Positions 38,338 through 51,844 of a stretch of DNA of 64,000 nt are shown here, in pieces (position 1 is the stretch's first letter; the number at the start of each line of letters is the position of its first letter). Below the pieces are notes generated by a model. The model was given only the letters and a program-made list of their open reading frames with translations, was not told where the DNA came from and searched no databases. Source of the stretch: Azolla caroliniana (taxonomy: Eukaryota > Plantae > Polypodiophyta). The translations under genes and the position numbers were made by a program. The stretch is taken from the NCBI GenBank assembly GCA_043228905.1, contig JBHGNT010000001.1, forward strand, positions 10,602,001 through 10,666,000. Reading direction: 5' to 3'.

Positions 38338-41300
38338 GGAAACTCACACATTACATTTTTCATTTCAAATCTTGGAATAATTGGGTCTGTATGGACCCTG
38401 ATACCTACTAGGTGAAGTTCTTGAAGCCCCAAGTTCCTTATTTCAGCTTCCATTCATACCTATTTTTTAAAAGGGTCCTTGTAGAATTGGGTCCATTTCC
38501 AAATTTATTGAAGAGATAATTGGCAAGTCATCATCATGCATGCAAAATTCATGTACATGTACAACTTGAATCAATTTGGTATTTGATTAAAAGAACTTCA
38601 AAAGTTTGTGGGAGGTCACTTTTCAATTATAATGATATTGACTCTTTTTGCGAACTTGTAACCAATGTTTGTGTCACTGACTTGCAAATACTACAATGGA
38701 CAATGTCAATAAATGATCTTGATTTCTCGATTGTTACACACTTATTTCAAGATCTCTTTTGCAAATAAATACGTTATGTGTTTTATGTCATTAAATACCA
38801 ATGCTTACTATGTAAATTGCACACATTTTAGTTGAGCAAATACCATGATAGGCTTATGTCATGTTGTTTCATGAGTATTTTAAATTTGAATACATGATTC
38901 ATTTCTTTTTCACAATTGAAGATAAAACAATTCAAGTATGTACGAAAAAGATGGGGATGGTCTAGGTTCACATAGGCAAGTTGTTGAAATAGGGGAGGCA
39001 TTGCTCTTTACAAGTGGAGGTTGGAGCATTAGAGAAAGGATTAGGTTAATCATCTATGTCACCAACAAGATCATGGATTATGTTGACCATATGGTGATGT
39101 TTGTGAAGTCTCATTGAGGTTAACAAACATGTGTCAAATTTCCTCAATATATTATGGTTTTGACATATAGAGGTGGTCTTTAATTTGTCAGTATGTGATT
39201 AGTAGAGAAGATTGATCTATAATCTATTTGGAGGATTGTTTAGGAAGAATTCCGAAAATTTATGATCAAAATATTGTATCTTTGTTCTCAATTTAAGTTT
39301 GGATGTCATAACATTGGGAAGGTTGTGGAAGCTCGAGCTTATTAAATATAGATGGGAGCGGATCATATCCGCATTTCAAAGCTAATCTCTTCATAGCACC
39401 GACAAACATTTTGAACATGCGTCCTCATATTGAGTCCCAACAATGAAGAATTCATAAATTCACTTATAAATTATAATAGTGTTTTTAATGAAATGGTCAA
39501 AAAGAAGTTGGGGAGTTCTTTTCAATTCATTATTATAAGATTTCAATTTTCTTTGTTTCTCTTGCTTATGGCCAAGTGACTTAAAGCTTTGCATTTTTCT
39601 AATGTTTGTATTGTACAAGCAAAAGCTTTATTGTCCTGCTCATGCTCGTAGTATTATTTCCTATAGTCATACTCATCAATTGAACTAGTATTATATTCAC
39701 TGGAACTTCATCTTCATTGCTTGCCATTCATTGTAGCACCATCATAGTTGCTACTATGGAATAGTTGAACGGAGAATCACTCTCATGCTCTTCATATTTC
39801 TAAGGGATTGTGTTCTTTTCACGTGAGCAAATTTGTCTTCCTCCTTGTCATTAAAAACGCAATAGTTTTCATTGGTCTCTCTAGCATATTTAGAACAAAT
39901 TACTTCTAGGTAGACTAGTTGGTTACATAGAACTTTCTAAATAGATGAGCTTTACATTTTGTTTCTTAATATCTTTTGCACTCTCTCATTAGACATATTT
40001 ATTTTAAGTGGCTATTTGAGCCATGCCTCTCGAAAAACATAACAACATGACCTATGGCACCTATGATCTCATAAAGCATTCTGCCCCAATTATATTTGTA
40101 AGTAATGGATTTTGAAATGGTATAACAAAAAATGAATGTAAAAGTTGAAATGAAAAACTAAAGCAATTGCTGAATTCAACAATTTTCGTGTTCCATGAGT
40201 TTTGGTTCTATGGTATCAGAGTAGCAAAGAGCATCCTAATTTCCTCGACTATGGTTCAATCCTTGATAGCAAGATAGTTCATATATTGTATGAAATCCTA
40301 AAAATCAGGACTAATGTCTCCATGTGGGAGAGATTCCAAGATGACATTCTTCACCTTCTAGTATGTTGAGGCAACATAGGTCACATATACTCTATTTTTG
40401 CCCACTATTAAGACAAGCCCCGGATTCTATGCTCAAAGTGTGAGTGCATGTACATTATGCTTATCTCCCCCTTATGGGACATGGGTCTCTAAATGCGAGC
40501 TTGGGCATTAGGCCAACTTGCCCGAAGGTAACATTCCCAATATCAAGTATATAATGTGGAGGTTACCACTAATGCTAAGTAAAATATTGGCTCATGTTTT
40601 CTTTTAATCAATAGTCTATCACAATATTTCTTAATTAAAATAATCTCTTCTCTGCCTATTCAAAGTTTAGAATTGGGTTTGTGTAGAAGGGGAAGGGCAA
40701 GCTACATAAATGGTCTTGCTTGCTCATAAAGTAGTTCTCTTTTCCTTAACTCTTCTTACACGCCCACCTATGAATGAGTTTTACCTTAATTGATCCTATA
40801 ATAATTATTATGATTGATGGAAATATTAAAGGCATACATTTATACTCCCAAAATGCATTTTTTTTTTCCTTTCCAAAATGAAGCTACTTTCCCATTGGTT
40901 AGGAAGGATTATTACAAGGAAGCTTATACACAAAATGGGGAATCTCCCTCCGATCAAGATCAAGAAAATGAGACTACTTACATAGTTTTTCAAACCGACT
41001 ACCTAAAGTAAGTAGATACCTATAACTAAAAGCAGTGGCCTTTAGTGTTGGTCAGTATGAGCCAACTCCTGGGGCCTACAACGAAGGGAGGGAGGCATGT
41101 GAAAAGGAAACAGCCAGCGTGTGGGCTGGTAGTTCCACCTCGGGCCACTTTCTCCTAGCGTCACCATAGGCGTGTTCTGCCATTTCTGCGAAAAGCACAA
41201 CTAGGCAGTGGCCACATCATTGGAGTGGTTGCAAACCTCGTCCAATTGCCCTCGTAGGCAGCTGATAAGCGCTGTCGTGAAAATCCGTCACTATGTGCGG

Positions 41301-41726
41301 ATCGTGAGACGGAACTGCGGGGGTTCTGGACTAGAAGGATTTAGAGCAACATGTACAACACAAGCAAGTTTTAAGCATAAGACAAGTGGGAGAGACAAAT
41401 CATTAGTTTATTGCAAAAGAAAATCGATTCTTAATAATTTCAGAATCGTGTTACAATGGGTTGGGTATGGAAATGAGAGATTAGTTTTTCAAAGAAAGGA
41501 GCCAACAACCATGCAAGGAGTGGTCCGATATGAATACGAGAGATAATTTTTGACAAGAAAGATCAAGTAAACAAAGCTAGGAGTTTGATATCAATATGTG
41601 AGATAAATTGTTTCTCGAATCCGAGAGGGAAGAAGAAAGAAGGGGAAAAAAAACTAAGAGGGAAAAAATGGGACATATATCGAGCTCCTCGTTGATCCTT
41701 CTCCCCAATGTTACTTTGCATCCCCA

Positions 41727-41845
41727 CTTTTAGTTGGATGGCCTCTATTTTTAGTTGTATGACCTCTGCTTTTAGTTGCATGCTTCCATTTTTAGATGCA
41801 TGCCTTTTACTTTTAGTTGCATGGCCTTGGCTTTTGGTTGCATGC
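41727..41845. repeat. ~21-bp tandem repeat (~6 copies) in the solo LTR
   Basis: ttttagttgcatg core repeated. Confidence 0.8.
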
Positions 41846-41894
41846 GATTGTCTGTATAATTCGGCCAAATGACACAATCATCCATAAAGTTTAG

Positions 41895-42625
41895 CTCGTG
41901 CGCAATCCGTACGTGCGTCGCAACCAAACCGTAGACGCGTCCGCGCGCAAAAGTTTCGACCGCGTAGTAGTGTACGCATCCACGCATGCGCGTGTCTCGA
42001 CCGCGCCGTAGTGTACGCATCCACGCGCGCGCGCGTCCAACCCGTACCGTGTACGCATCCATGCACAAAAGTCTCAACCGCGCTGTAGTGTACGCATCCA
42101 CGCATGCGCACGTGCGCACACACGTGTGCGCACATACACGTCCGTCTGAAACGTCCACGCGTACGCCCGAAACTTGCACACGTGCGTACATCCGAAGACG
42201 TCCATGCGCGCATACGCGCGCGTCCAACCCGCACCGTGTACGCATCCATGCACAAAAGTCTCAACCGCGCCGTAGTGTACGCATCCACGCATGCGCGCGT
42301 GCACACATACGCGTCCGTCCGAAACGTCCACACGTACGCCCGAAACTTGCACACGCGCGTACATCCAAAAATGTCCATGCGCGTACATTTGAAAACGTCC
42401 ACGCGGCCATGCACACGCGCGTATGCTCGAAGCGTTTCATGCATACACGCGTATGCCCAAAGCATGTCCGAAACGTCCACGCGTACGCCCGAAACTTGCA
42501 CACGCGCGTACATCCGAAGACGTCCATGCGCGCGTACATTCGAAAACGTCCACGCGGCCATGCACACGTGCGTACACTCGAAGCATTTCATGCATACACG
42601 CGTATGCCCGAAGCGTGCACACCAT
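41895..42625. repeat. CpG-rich alternating purine/pyrimidine array with higher-order duplications
   Basis: Units such as gtagtgtacgcatccacgcatgcgc and gaaacgtccacgcgtacgcccgaaacttgcacacgcgcgtacatcc recur 3-4 times. Confidence 0.9.
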
Positions 42626-43512
42626 ATAGTGTAGCCCAAGTCACCTTGAACATTCTATGCTCCACACATTGATAGAATGAATATGTTTTGGTTTCCCTTA
42701 TATATTCTGGGTTCCAATGTTGTCCTATCTATGTGGGATATCTCACAATTTTGTCTTGTCTTTTCTTTTCTTCAAACTTCACACTCACATAACTTGATAC
42801 TTGTTTATCCGTTTTATGCGTAGTAAAATACGCTATGAAGCTCTTGAACACATCTATCTTTCCATATCTATATATTAAGCTAATGGTAAATAATTATTTT
42901 ACTAGTTTTCATATCGTGTGTGAAAAACCACACGACAACGCGAACCATATATCCATGATCACTTCCTCTGGGGGTTGTACCAGATCTTGGAAAACCTTGA
43001 AGCATCGTGCTTTCTAGACATACCACAAGATGAAGCCTGCGATCAACCTCCAAATTTCCAGGAACCTAGGGGATGCGAACAACAAGTCTCTCTCGAAGTG
43101 GATCTTGACGATTTTGCCTCTCGTGCATACATAACACCAACTATCCGCATTGAAGGCGTCTGTCCACCTATCAGCCAAGTGGTCAATCCATGCCGCAAGA
43201 CTCCACGATGCTATTCCATCCACTTCACATGCCGCAAGGAGGCAAGTGACTCTGCCCCATACCTTTTGAGCTTGAGGGCAATCCCAAAGACAATGTCTTA
43301 GAGACTCAATAGGTGAAGAGCAAAGTGGGCAACCTATCGGGCTGCCACTTTTACCTAGCCATTCGCCAACGGGAACCACATTATGACCAATCTACCATCA
43401 AAAGAGCTTGATTTTTTCAGGCATGTGGAGACGCCAGAGACCCTTCCAAAAGGTAATGAGCACCTCGTTAGGGATGCCCAGTGATCGCCATCCATTACGA
43501 AGGGGACCATCG

Positions 43513-46500
43513 TGTTGGTAGACGGGTCCCTCTGGATGGGAAGGGAGAAGAACAGTGCCGACGAACAAACTCCCTCTGGATGGAAACGGTATGAACCGGA
43601 TGGGGAGAACCCGACTTCGGAGAGTCGGATGGTGCAGGCCCGGTATGAACCGGATGAGGAGTACCCGACTGCGGAGAGTCGGATGGTGCAGGCCCAGTAT
43701 GAACCGGATGAGGAGTACCCGACTGCGGAGAGTCGGATGGTGCAGGCCCGGTATGAACCGGATGAGGAGTACCCGACTGCGGAGAGTCGGATGGAGCCCA
43801 TCGAGGCTACATTTGTAAATAGCCGAAAAGTCATATTAGTATAAATATGACTTAGGGCAAACTTTTAGTTTTGTCATTCTTGTTGTTATTCTTTCTTGTT
43901 GGTGCAAGAAGAAATTAGAGCGCGTAACTGTACAGAGAGAGTGAGAGAGAAAGATAGAGAGAGACGAGGTCGTTGCCTCTGTTGTAACCGCCGCCTTTGG
44001 CGAAGATCTGAGAACACGAGGTCGTTGCCTCTGTGATCTCACTGTTGTATATTTTCTGCATAGTGACAGTTTGCAGCTTGTGGGCTGCCGTGGTTTTTCC
44101 CCCTATTTTGGGGTTTTCCACGTATACCTCCTGTGCACCATTTCTCCTCTTCTTTTTTATTTTGTGTCGCGTTTCATTACCTGTTTTCTGTGTATGTAAA
44201 GAATCTCGGTTGTGGCCGAGCATCGGACATAAGGAACGTCGAGTTCTCAACAAGTGGTATCAGAGCGAGGTTCGACACAAAAAATGGACGAATCGTTTGG
44301 CGGCATGTTCAAGCTCACCGGCTCCAACTATTCAGTGTGGAAGTCGAAGATGAGGGACATGCTCGTGGTTAAAGACCTCTGGCTGCCGGTTCAGTTCGGG
44401 GACAAGAGACCGGACAAAATCGACGCCGCGATATGGGAGGTGATGCACATGAAGACAACGGCGTACATACGGTGCTTCATCGACATGAGCCTGTACAACA
44501 ACTTCAATGAAGAGAGTAAGGCTCATGAGCTATGGGAGAAGATCGGCACAATGTTCCAGAACAAAAACGCTGTCAATCAGGCGTCGGTATTCCGGAAGCT
44601 TGTAAGACTCCGGTACCAAGATGGCCACAGCATGGCGGAGCATATGAATGCCTTCCAGGGGCTGATTCACCAGGCAACGTCATTGGAAGTACCTCTTGCC
44701 GATGAGGTCCTCGCGCTACTCCTGCTCGGTTCCCTCCCGGATAGCTGGGAGACGTTAGTTGTCACTTTGGGCAACGCCGGGCCGGAAGGAAAACGGCTAT
44801 CCCTAGCAAAAGTAAAGTCGAGCTTGCTAGATGAGGAGGCTCGTCGGAAAGACAAAGATACGAGCTCCGACTCCAAAGCGCTCCTTACCGAATCGGAACG
44901 CGGAAGACATAGAAACCGTAGTCCCCAGAACCGGGAGAAGTCGGGGACACGATCAAAGTCAAGGGGGAGACCGACTTGCTTCTATTGCGGCAAGCCGGGA
45001 CACTTCCAAAAGAACCATCGGCATTTCCGTAAAGACAAGGAAACCGACTATACCGATTCGAAGCAAACCCCGAACCGGAACGGTACAGACCGGAACGGTA
45101 AAGACCGGAGGGGGCCGGACCGGAAGGGAACGACGGCAATTGCGGCAAGTGAAGAGGAGTTGATGCTCATCACCGAGGAGAGTGAGATAAACCATGCCGG
45201 CGATGAGATGACCTGGGTGGTAGACTCCGGAGCGTCGTTCCACCTTACCCCGGACCGGAAATGCTTCTCATCCTACTCAGCCGGTGATCACGGCTGTGTC
45301 CGGATGGGGAATGAAGGAACATGCCGAATTGTCGGCATAGGAGACGTGTGGCTGACAACACCAACCGGATGCAAGTTGCTGTTGAAAGATGTCCGACACG
45401 TTCCGGAAGTACGTCTGAACCTGATATCAGCCGGTCGGCTAGATGATGAAGGCTACACGGGTAGCATCCGGAACGGTGTCATAAAGTTCAGCAAAGGGAG
45501 CCTGATTGTGGCTCGGGCCCGGAAGGTAAACACACTGTACCTGATGAATGCCCGGTTATGTCCGGAAGAAGTGAACGTGGCTTCCGACACTGCCGGTGAG
45601 CTGTGGCACAAGAGGCTATGTCACATGAGTGAGAAGGGGATGAAGAGGCTTGGAGACGACAACCTCATTCCAGTGAAGAACGTGCACTTAGAGAAGTGCA
45701 CTGATTGTCTGGCCGGTAAGCAGAACCGGACCTCCTTCCGACCAAGGCCACCGATGAGACGTAATGCACCACTGGAGTTGGTGCATACAGATGTTTGTCA
45801 AGTAGACACGAAGTCACATGCCGGAGCGCAGTACTTCGTGACGTTCATAGATGACCACAGCCGGAAGCTGTGGGCCACACCGTTGAAGACGAAGGATCAG
45901 GTGTTATCCGTCTTCAAAGAGCTCCACGCGAGAGTGGAAAGAGAAACCGGCCGGAAGCTGAAGGCGGTTCGAGCAGATAACGGAGGTGAGTACCGGGGGC
46001 AGTTCGAGGAGTACTGCCGCTCGAAGGGAATCCGGCTCGAATTTACCGTGCCGAAGACGTCGGAACTAAACGGACTGGCCGAGAGGATGAACCGGACCAT
46101 AATGGAGAGGGTCCGGAGTATGCTAGCGCATGCAAAACTACCCAAGAAGTTTTGGGCTGAGGCACTATCGACGGCGACATATGTGATAAACAGATCACCC
46201 TCAGTACCCTTGGACGGAGACACGCCACAGAGAGTATGGACCGGTAAGGAAGTGTCCTACCGGCATCTAAGGGTGTTCGGGTGTCTCGCGTACGTGCATG
46301 TAGCAAAGGACCGGAGAGGAAAGCTAGATCCAAAGACCCGACCATGCATATTCCTCGGTTACGGTGACGACGAGTTCAGCTACCGAGTGTGGGACCCGGT
46401 CGACAAGAAGTATTCCGGAGTCGAGATATTATCTTCATGGAGGACAAGACGCTCGCCGACTGGGAGTCGGAGAAGAAGATAATGAACTCCGAGTCGACCG

Positions 46501-49040
46501 GTAAGGATAGACTCCACAATGAGCAGACCCAACCGGCAAGAGACCGGTTAGCACTCGAGGAACCAGCCGGTTACGGTGAGGATACCGAACCGTCAGAAGA
46601 AGAAGTAGAGGAAGCTGAGACCGGAACCGGTCAAGACCCCGAATCGGATTCGGATGAAGAGCAAATGGAGGAACCGATTACCGAAGCCCGAAGACGTAGA
46701 TATCCTCTCAGAGAGAGAAGGGCGCCCCGGAGATTTCCGGATGTAGAGCATGTCCTGCTGACCGACGAGGGGGAGCCGGAAAGCTTCGAAGAAGCGAAGG
46801 TTGACACCCACAACCGAAAATGGTTAAGTGCCATGCAGGATGAGATGGATTCCCTGCATGAGAACCATACGTACGAATTGGTGGAGCTGCCGAAAGGAAA
46901 GCGGGCACTCCGAAACAAGTGGGTATTCAAGTTGAAACCGGGAGATGCCGGCAACCCCCCGAGATACAAAGCCAGGATTGTGGTGAAGGGGTTCCAGCAG
47001 AAGAAGGGCGTGGACTTCGACGAAATATTCGCCCCGGTAGTAAAGATGACCTCCATCCGGACGGTGCTGAGTATAGCAGCAAGCATGGATCTCGAGGTAG
47101 AGCAGCTGGACGTGAAGACAACATTCCTTCACGGCGACCTCGAAGAGGAGATCTACATGCAGCAACCGGAAGGATTTGTGGAGAAAGGGAAGGAGCACCT
47201 GGTATGCCGGTTGAAGAAGAGCCTATACGGACTGAAGCAGGCTCCCCGGCAATGGTATCGGAAGTTCGACTCCTTCATGACCGATCAAGGGTACCACAAG
47301 ACGCAGGCCGATCACTGCGTGTTTGTGAAGAAGTTCAAAGGAGGGGACTTCCTGATACTCCTCCTGTACGTGGATGACATGCTGATCGTCGGACGAGACC
47401 AAGGAAAAATACGGATGCTGAAGAAGGCTCTCAACCGGACCTTCTCAATGAAGGACTTGGGTCCGGCAAGACAGATGTTGGGGATGCACATCATTCGGGA
47501 CCGGTCAGTGAAGCAACTATGGCTGTCACAGGAGAAGTATGTGACAAAGGTGCTTCACCGGTTCAACATGTTAGATGCAAAACCGGTCGGATCGACACTT
47601 CCGGCAAACTGCAAGTTGTCCGACAAGCAAAGCCCGAAGACAAAAGGAGAAAAGGCAGATATGATGAAGATTCCATATGCCTCTGCCGTCGGGAGCTTGA
47701 TGTACGCAATGGTTTGTACCCGACCGGACATTGGATACGCAGTCGGAGTGGTGAGCCGGTTCATGAGTAATCCCGGCAAGGAGCATTGGAATGCGGTCAA
47801 GTGGATACTCCGGTATTTGAAGGGCACTTCAAATATGTGTCTCCGATTCGGCACCGGAAAACCTCAACTGGACGGTTTCACCGATTCGGACATGTCGGCT
47901 GATGTGGATACCAGCCGGTCTACATCCGGGTATGTGATGACATATGCAGGGGGAGCTGTCTCATGGCAGTCGAGGCTGCAGAAGACGGTTGCATTGTCAA
48001 CCACAGAGGCGGAGTACATGGCGGCTGTGGAAGCCGGCAAGGAAATATTATGGATGAAGGACTTCATCGGGGAGCTCGGTATCCGGCAAGAGGAATACAG
48101 ACTCTACTGCGACAGTCAAAGTGCCATCCACCTTGCTAAGAATGCGGCCTACCATTCCCGGACAAAGCATATCCAGCGGAGGTATCACTGGATCCGGGAA
48201 AGGGTAGATGACCAGGAGTTCACTTTGGCGAAGATCCACACGGCCGAGAACGGGTCATATATGTTGACCAAAGTGCTGACACCCGACAAGCTGGACGCAT
48301 GCCGGAAGAGGATCGGGCTGGAAAGACACCCCATGCCGGAGTGAAGGGGGAGTTTGTTGGTAGACGGGTCCCTCTGGATGGGAAGGGAGAAGAACAGTGC
48401 CGACGAACAAACTCCCTCTGGATGGAAACGGTATGAACCGGATGGGGAGAACCCGACTTCGGAGAGTCGGATGGTGCAGGCCCGGTATGAACCGGATGAG
48501 GAGTACCCGACTGCGGAGAGTCGGATGGTGCAGGCCCGGTATGAACCGGATGAGGAGTACCCAACTGCGGAGAGTCGGATGGAGCCCATCGAGGCTACAT
48601 TTGTAAATAGCCGAAAAGTCATATTAGTATAAATATGACTTAGGGCAAACTTTTAGTTTTGTCATTCTTGTTGTTATTCTTTCTTGTTGGTGCAAGAAGA
48701 AATTAGAGCGCGTAACTGTACAGAGAGAGTGAGAGAGAAAGATAGAGAGAGACGAGGTCGTTGCCTCTGTTGTAACCGCCGATTGTGGCGAAGATCTGAG
48801 AACACGAGGTCGTTGCCTCTGTGATCTCACTGTTGTATATTTTCTGCATAGTGACAGTTTGCAGCTTGTGGGCTGCCGTGGTTTTTCCCCCTATTTTGGG
48901 GTTTTCCACGTATACCTCCTGTGCACCATTTCTCCTCTTCTTTTTTCTTTTGTGTCGCGTTTCATTACCTGTTTTCTGTGTATGTAAAGAATCTCGGTTG
49001 TGGCCGAGCATCGGACATAAGGAACGTCGAGTTCTCAACA
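43513..49040 (+). mobile_element. Full-length Ty1/Copia LTR retrotransposon, Copia-2
   Basis: LTRs 43513-44252 (740 bp) and 48355-49040 (686 bp); TSD CATCG; PBS TGGTATCAGAGC at 44255; PPT gaagggggag before 48355. Confidence 0.97.
44284..48344 (+). pseudogene. Copia-2 gag-pol polyprotein (one frameshift near 46410)
   Basis: gag, knuckle CFYCGKPGHFQKNH (last Cys lost), WVVDSGAS, integrase, YVDDML and RNase H in two overlapping ORFs. Confidence 0.95.
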
Positions 49041-51844
49041 CATCGAGCTGCAGTTGTAAAGTCCGCCTCAATTTAGTGCTATATTCGAAGAAGTGGCAGA
49101 GTTTTCCACCATGTTTCCACCTGAAATCCCTTGGGTCCCATTCTAGTTCAACGAGGGGATGAGAACCATATACCCATAACTTCTAATGGGGTTCCACCTT
49201 AGTAACATCTGGGCATGTCTTCCAGATGTTATCAACCTCCGCCACCACTCGAACTGGGTGCCAAGTGCCCCTACTCTGCCTCTCCCCAAAAAATGTATCT
49301 CTTCTCGATCCACTCATGCCATTCACCAACTTAACCATTCTAGCCTCATCAAAGAGACCGAACCATGCATCTTCTCGCACATCCCCCATCGGAACCCTAT
49401 CAACTGCCTCAATTATTAGTCTCCGCATTTTCATAGCTCCCTTGAGGGGAGGGAATGGGTCCTCTTGGTGTCCCCTTGGAGAAACCATGCGTCTCCAATC
49501 GTCTATAGAGTGAAGCCCTGTCTGCGCCAACTTTCCCCATGCCAGGCCCTTAAGCTGCCCTAACATCATGTCATCACTTGTTCGCACCAGAGGATTCCAA
49601 AATAAAGGTTGTCTAGTCCACTCAATGAGTGTCTCTAGGGTGTGCTTGACCAAATGTTGACGCACATGACACCACGCCCGCAAGATGGAGTTCGTTACCC
49701 TGTCCTCCGGTTGACAAGCCATCTTGGGTGGGACTCCGCGCGTGCAACACCAATTCAAGGAGTTAGGCCAAGGCCTACCATACTTGGGAGTCCCTGCTTG
49801 CAACTTGTTGCGAAGTAGTACCTTCCAACACCCCTTACCTGGCAGAAGGCAATGAACCACCAATTTGGCCAGCAATGCACGACTCTGCATTAAGGGGTCT
49901 ATGAGGCCAAGCCCCCCTTTGGCTTGCGGTTGCGTTAACCAACACCATGACACTCTGGCAATAACCATTGGGTTGTTCCTTACCAAACCATATAAACCCC
50001 CTAATGGCAGCCTTAATCGCATGCAAACCTGCCGGGTCCGTAATCTGACATGAGACCGAGTGCCACATGGTGACGAGCATCACTTGGTTCGCAAAAAGGA
50101 CCCTACCAACGAAGGATAATTTAGATCTGCTCCATTGGATCAACTTCTTGCTTATTTTGGCTTGCACATGGGACAATTACGCTCCCTTGGGAATTTCCCT
50201 TCCCATCATAAATCCTAGATACTTGAACGTCGTCCCGTTAGGGACCCATGTAAAAATCGGCATGGGGATGCCACCTTGGTTTCTCTTGTTCGCTGAACCA
50301 TATGCCTTGGGTTTTATCCCAATTGACCTTGGCACCAACAGCCTGACAGAAGTCCTCGACTAAATGTTCAGCCTGCTGCAAATTCTCCTCATCACCCTGT
50401 AAGAAGAGGATCGTATCATCGACATATTCAGATAAAAGAAGATCTTCACTCGCATTAGGGATGGGTAATCCCCTCAATCCGTTGCTTGGGGCTTGTAAGT
50501 AGGCAGAGAAAGCCTCGGTTACGAATAGATAAAGATATGGGGCTAGGGGACAACCTTGCCTCACTGAGCGTTGTAGTTTGAAGGAGGGTCCCCTAGCACC
50601 CGCTATCTACACACTACTGGTAGCACTCCGATAGAGTGTAGAAGTGCATTTCCTCCATTTTTGGGGTAGGCCCATAACTCTCATCACGTTTTCCAAGAAG
50701 GGCCATAGTACCCTATCATAGGCCTTCTCGAAGTCAAGCATTAGAATAACAGAGCTCGAGGTGGAGTGATCAGCCAATGCCATTGCTTCCCAAAGAAGCA
50801 ACACATTATCAAAGATACACCTGCTCCTAATAAACCCTATTTGATTCTCATGTATAATGTTCGGTAAGAAGCTTGCTAACCATCACGCGAGGACTTTTGC
50901 AAGTATCTTGTAAATCGTGTTAAGGATCGTTATTGGACGCCATTGGCGCAACTCTAGGCTTCGCTCTGCTGCTTTGGGAATGAGATAGATCATCCCCTCA
51001 GCTAGCCCGATCAGCATCGTTCCCGAGGACCAGATCTCTTGAACCCTGACTTCCAATGATGGGATAACACTATCCTAATGGATCTCGAAAAAATCTCGTG
51101 AGAGACCATCAGGGCCGGGGCATGCTCCTCTCCGCAAATCCCTGAGTGTCTCCGAGAGTTCTATTTGAGAAATGGGGCTATCGAGCACAATTTCCATCTC
51201 TTGGGTTACCTTGGGGTGAATGTAAGTCATCACCCTATCAGCCAACTCTATGTTTTGCCTCATATGCATAGGTGCATGTAGGTCTTGATAGTATTGCGTT
51301 GCCATATGCAAAATCTCATCCTTGTCCTTTGTAATTGAGCTGTCTGGTTTGCACAACCCTTGTATACGTCCACCATCACCCTTGGGAGCCTTGTAGTGAA
51401 AGAAATGTCGGTTGACCCTATCGTCTATTCTAGCCCACCATGCCGCGGATCTTCTAAAGAGCATTCGGTTCCTCTCCTCCGTCCATTCCCGAACCTTCAT
51501 CTTGGCTTCCTCTAGCTTAGATCTAGACCAATTGCAACCAGGGTCTGCTTGTAGCAACTGTTGCGCTGCCGCAACGGAGTTCCTTAATTTTATTTCAATG
51601 GCTCTGACCTGTTGGAGGGTCCGCTTGGTCTCCTGTTGTAAAAAGTAGGAGGAGAGGGACAATTTTTTCTTCAAATCCTCACTAGCTAATTCTCTTACAA
51701 TGGTCTCCCGCCATATACTATGTAGACCTACCTTCACCTCTTCACTCTTCATGATCTTTGTGGGGAATTTCACATTGAGACTCCCTTGTCTGCCATCGGG
51801 TGGGTTAAAGTCTAGTCTCATCGGTTGGTGATCAGAGAAGGTAA

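Larger units (their letters stand above)
41273..42937 (-). mobile_element. Long Gypsy-type solo LTR (1665 bp)
   Basis: TGTCGTG...CACGACA termini; 4-bp TSD GCGC / ACGC. Removing it restores the LINE frame IWFALISCLRG. U5 motif ctagtccagaacccccgcagttc. Confidence 0.85.
40858..51844 (-). mobile_element. Degenerate L1/Tx1-like LINE (host of nest 2)
   Basis: SDH at about 51830; LDFEKAYDRV, RQGCPLAP, EYVDDT; CPLC..HCLWDC (43014-43379); C-terminus WNYQPTRWLFP near 41110; 3' motif ctaaccaatgggaaagtag and poly(A) at 40858-40867. Interrupted by a solo LTR and Copia-2, and cut by Copia-3. Confidence 0.9.

Noticed and set aside
39000-40200. Possible decayed hAT (DUF659-like) transposase on the minus strand
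   Set aside because: Only vague motif hints, no ORF or termini; needs a translated search
40211-40545. Isolated iMet PBS-like TGGTATCAGAG followed by TRIM-like sequence
   Set aside because: No paired LTRs or TSD identifiable
41772-42672. Several overlapping 150-250 aa ORFs on both strands
   Set aside because: Artefacts of the stop-poor purine/pyrimidine repeat; low-complexity R/A/H/T/C/V peptides
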